NCBI RefSeq assembly: GCF_032268605.1 | Contig: NZ_CP130318.1 | Coordinates: 3,825,913-3,849,912, forward strand | Direction of reading: 5' to 3' | DNA from: Paenibacillus aurantius | GTDB taxonomy: Bacteria > Bacillota > Bacilli > Paenibacillales > NBRC-103111 | DNA length: 24,000 nt | Shown: positions 22,322 through 24,000 of the stretch, in pieces | Position numbering within the stretch: the stretch's first letter is position 1 | Layout of the letters: every line of letters begins with the position of its first letter | The notes under the pieces: generated by a model | Told to the model about the DNA's origin: nothing | The model's input: the letters and a program-made list of their open reading frames with translations, nothing else | Database searches by the model: none | Program-made: the position numbers and the translations under genes

Positions 22322-23026
22322 TTATTCGGACGGCCGGCTGCCGACCTGAATCCGATTTGCGGGAATTTGCCACTCCCGTTCTATGAAAGCTTTGATTTTG
22401 GCGACATCCGCCGGATCGGTCTTCTCCCCGCTCGGGGATGTTGAGGATGGCGGAGGCGTCCGGCCCGGACGGATCTCGATGATGACCGGCTGAACCGGTT
22501 CAACCGGTTTCATGGTCCTGCCCGCTTCGGGGCTTTTCTCCCCTCCTTGAGCTCCCCCCGGCTTAAGCCACACTTGAACCGACTTGATTTCCATCCGGTT
22601 GGCGTCATTCAGCTCCGCCGCAGAGGTCACCTCCGCTACACGGAGGTTCAAGCTCCGCTCGATCCCCGCCTGAATCGAACCGGAGAGTTGGGTCTCCACC
22701 AGCCGCTTCGCTTGAGCGGCGTTCGTTTCCTTCAGCTTGTCCGCCTGCTCCAGAATGGCGGATAACTCCTGCATCCCTCCGTCGGTTACCCGGCCGCCAA
22801 CCGTCAAGGCCTTCTGGGACGATTCCGCGGTCGGGATCAGCTTGTCGGGATCCCAGCCCGTTTGGAAAAGCTTGAATACGGGAGACAGCAGCACGAGGAG
22901 AATAAACAAGCTGATTACCGTCTTGACGTAACGCTCCATGGAGCGGCTCGGCAGGAGTAAATCCACGAAGGAAGCAAGCATGATGATGACGATCAGTTCC
23001 TTTAGCCATCCGCTTAACCAGCTCAT
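22322..23026 (-). CDS. spoIIIAF: stage III sporulation protein AF
   Basis: The N-terminus MSWLSGWLKELIVIIMLASFVDLLLPSRSMERYVKTVISLFILLVLLSPVFKLF is collinear with B. subtilis SpoIIIAF. Confidence 0.88.
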   Translation of the reverse strand: MSWLSGWLKELIVIIMLASFVDLLLPSRSMERYVKTVISLFILLVLLSPVFKLFQTGWDPDKLIPTAESSQKALTVGGRVTDGGMQELSAILEQADKLKETNAAQAKRLVETQLSGSIQAGIERSLNLRVAEVTSAAELNDANRMEIKSVQVWLKPGGAQGGEKSPEAGRTMKPVEPVQPVIIEIRPGRTPPPSSTSPSGEKTDPADVAKIKAFIEREWQIPANRIQVGSRPSE

Positions 23027-23036
23027 GAACCCCTCC

Positions 23037-24000
23037 TCAGCGCATCATCACCGACACGTTGCCGGCCGCGATCATGATCGTTATGGCAAGAAAGAACATC
23101 AGCCCGACGGCGGCCAAGGCGGCGAAGACGTAGATCATGCTTTTGCCTATCGTCTGCAGACAGGTAACGATCGGGCTGTCCCCAAGCGGCTGCATCACGG
23201 CGGCGGACAAGTTATAGATGAGCGCCAGAGTCAGAATTTTGATCGCCGGGAAGGCGCACAGAAGGATAAGTATGACGACCCCGGCCAAGCCGACCGCATT
23301 TTTGACGAGCAGGGAAGCTCCGATGACCGTGTCCGATGCGTCGGAGAACATTCGCCCGACCACCGGGATGAACGTTCCCGAGACGTATTTGGCGGTTCGG
23401 ATCGTGACTCCGTCCGTTACCGCCCCGGTGGCTCCCTGAACCGAGATCACCCCGAGAAACACGGTGACGAACAACCCCAGCAGCCCTACGCTTACCGATC
23501 GGAGCATATTGGCGAGCTGCGTCACCTTGAAGCGCTGGGAGAGGGAGCTGACGATGTGAAGGATCGCCGAGAAGAACAGAAGCGGGAACACGACCATATA
23601 AATCGCGGTGCTGACCGTATGGATCATGAAGATGATGAGCGGATGCAGCACCGATACGGAAACCAGGTTGCCCATGGAAGCGAGCAGGGTCAAGAGCAGC
23701 GGAATAACGGCGATCATGAATTGGATCATGCCTTCGATCGCTGATTTGGCGTAACCGATTCCGACGTGGAAGCTGTTGACCGCAAGAACGATCAGAACCA
23801 TGTAGCAGATGCCGAACGCCACCTTGCTGACGGTATTCTTCTCGAACGCCGCCTGCAGCGTCTCCAGAATCATGCTGAATACCGACAGGATGACAATGGT
23901 GGCTACCAGCTTGCCGTTGACGAGCACCTCATGGAAGAAGAACCGGAGAAGCCCTTTGGCCATGGAGGAGAAGCTGAAAGCTTTGGATCCGGGAACGAGC
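23037..24000 (-). CDS. spoIIIAE: stage III sporulation protein AE (polytopic membrane protein); the 5' end lies beyond the window end
   Basis: ...FFFHEVLVNGKLVATIVILSVF...QRFKVTQLANMLRSVSVGLLGLFVTVFLGVISVQGATGAVTDGVTIRTAKYVSGTFIPVVGRMFSDA... aligns with B. subtilis SpoIIIAE from about residue 100 onward. The frame stays open upstream of the track's ATG (23963) to position 24000. Confidence 0.9.
   Translation of the reverse strand, partial: LVPGSKAFSFSSMAKGLLRFFFHEVLVNGKLVATIVILSVFSMILETLQAAFEKNTVSKVAFGICYMVLIVLAVNSFHVGIGYAKSAIEGMIQFMIAVIPLLLTLLASMGNLVSVSVLHPLIIFMIHTVSTAIYMVVFPLLFFSAILHIVSSLSQRFKVTQLANMLRSVSVGLLGLFVTVFLGVISVQGATGAVTDGVTIRTAKYVSGTFIPVVGRMFSDASDTVIGASLLVKNAVGLAGVVILILLCAFPAIKILTLALIYNLSAAVMQPLGDSPIVTCLQTIGKSMIYVFAALAAVGLMFFLAITIMIAAGNVSVMMR

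Noticed and set aside
1-24000. Scan for CRISPR arrays, tRNA or rRNA genes, IS elements and integrases.
   Set aside because: I saw no regularly spaced repeats, no cloverleaf-compatible segments in intergenic gaps, and no transposase or recombinase-like ORFs. The only repeats found are the spo0A 3'-end duplication and the spoIIIAH 30-bp triplet.

Overview
The window is a GC-rich (roughly 55-60% by eye) chromosomal segment of an endospore-forming Bacillota genome, probably Paenibacillaceae-like (inference). Almost all genes lie on the minus strand, in the order known from the Bacillus subtilis spo0A-spoIIIA region. In plus-strand coordinate order: lpd (partial), a small DUF2627-like membrane protein (the only plus-strand gene), an NlpC/P60 hydrolase behind a c-di-AMP (ydaO-class) riboswitch, two small orphan proteins, a low-GC inserted cassette, spo0A, spoIVB, recN, argR, an extra membrane-anchored protein, tlyA/yqxC, dxs, an OapA-like membrane protein, a ~650-nt non-coding structured region, ispA, xseB, xseA, folD, nusB, DUF2273, amaP, asp23/yqhY, accC, accB and spoIIIAH-AG-AF-AE (AE partial). 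Three things stand out. (1) The ispA-[long structured RNA]-[4-TM DxxxD protein]-dxs arrangement matches the OLE RNA/oapA locus, a known RNA class whose function is unresolved. (2) A ~0.7-kb AT-rich cassette sits directly after the spo0A stop codon, bracketed by an imperfect duplication of the spo0A 3' end. It carries an orphan 161-aa gene and a start-less ORF fragment. (3) There is a ydaO-type riboswitch and a possible small RNA at 2.0-2.4 kb. I saw no tRNA, rRNA, CRISPR array, transposase or integrase. Many long plus-strand ORFs in the supplied track are antisense shadows of real genes. Several track ORFs also carry spurious N-terminal extensions, which I trimmed using Shine-Dalgarno (SD) spacing and homolog length.
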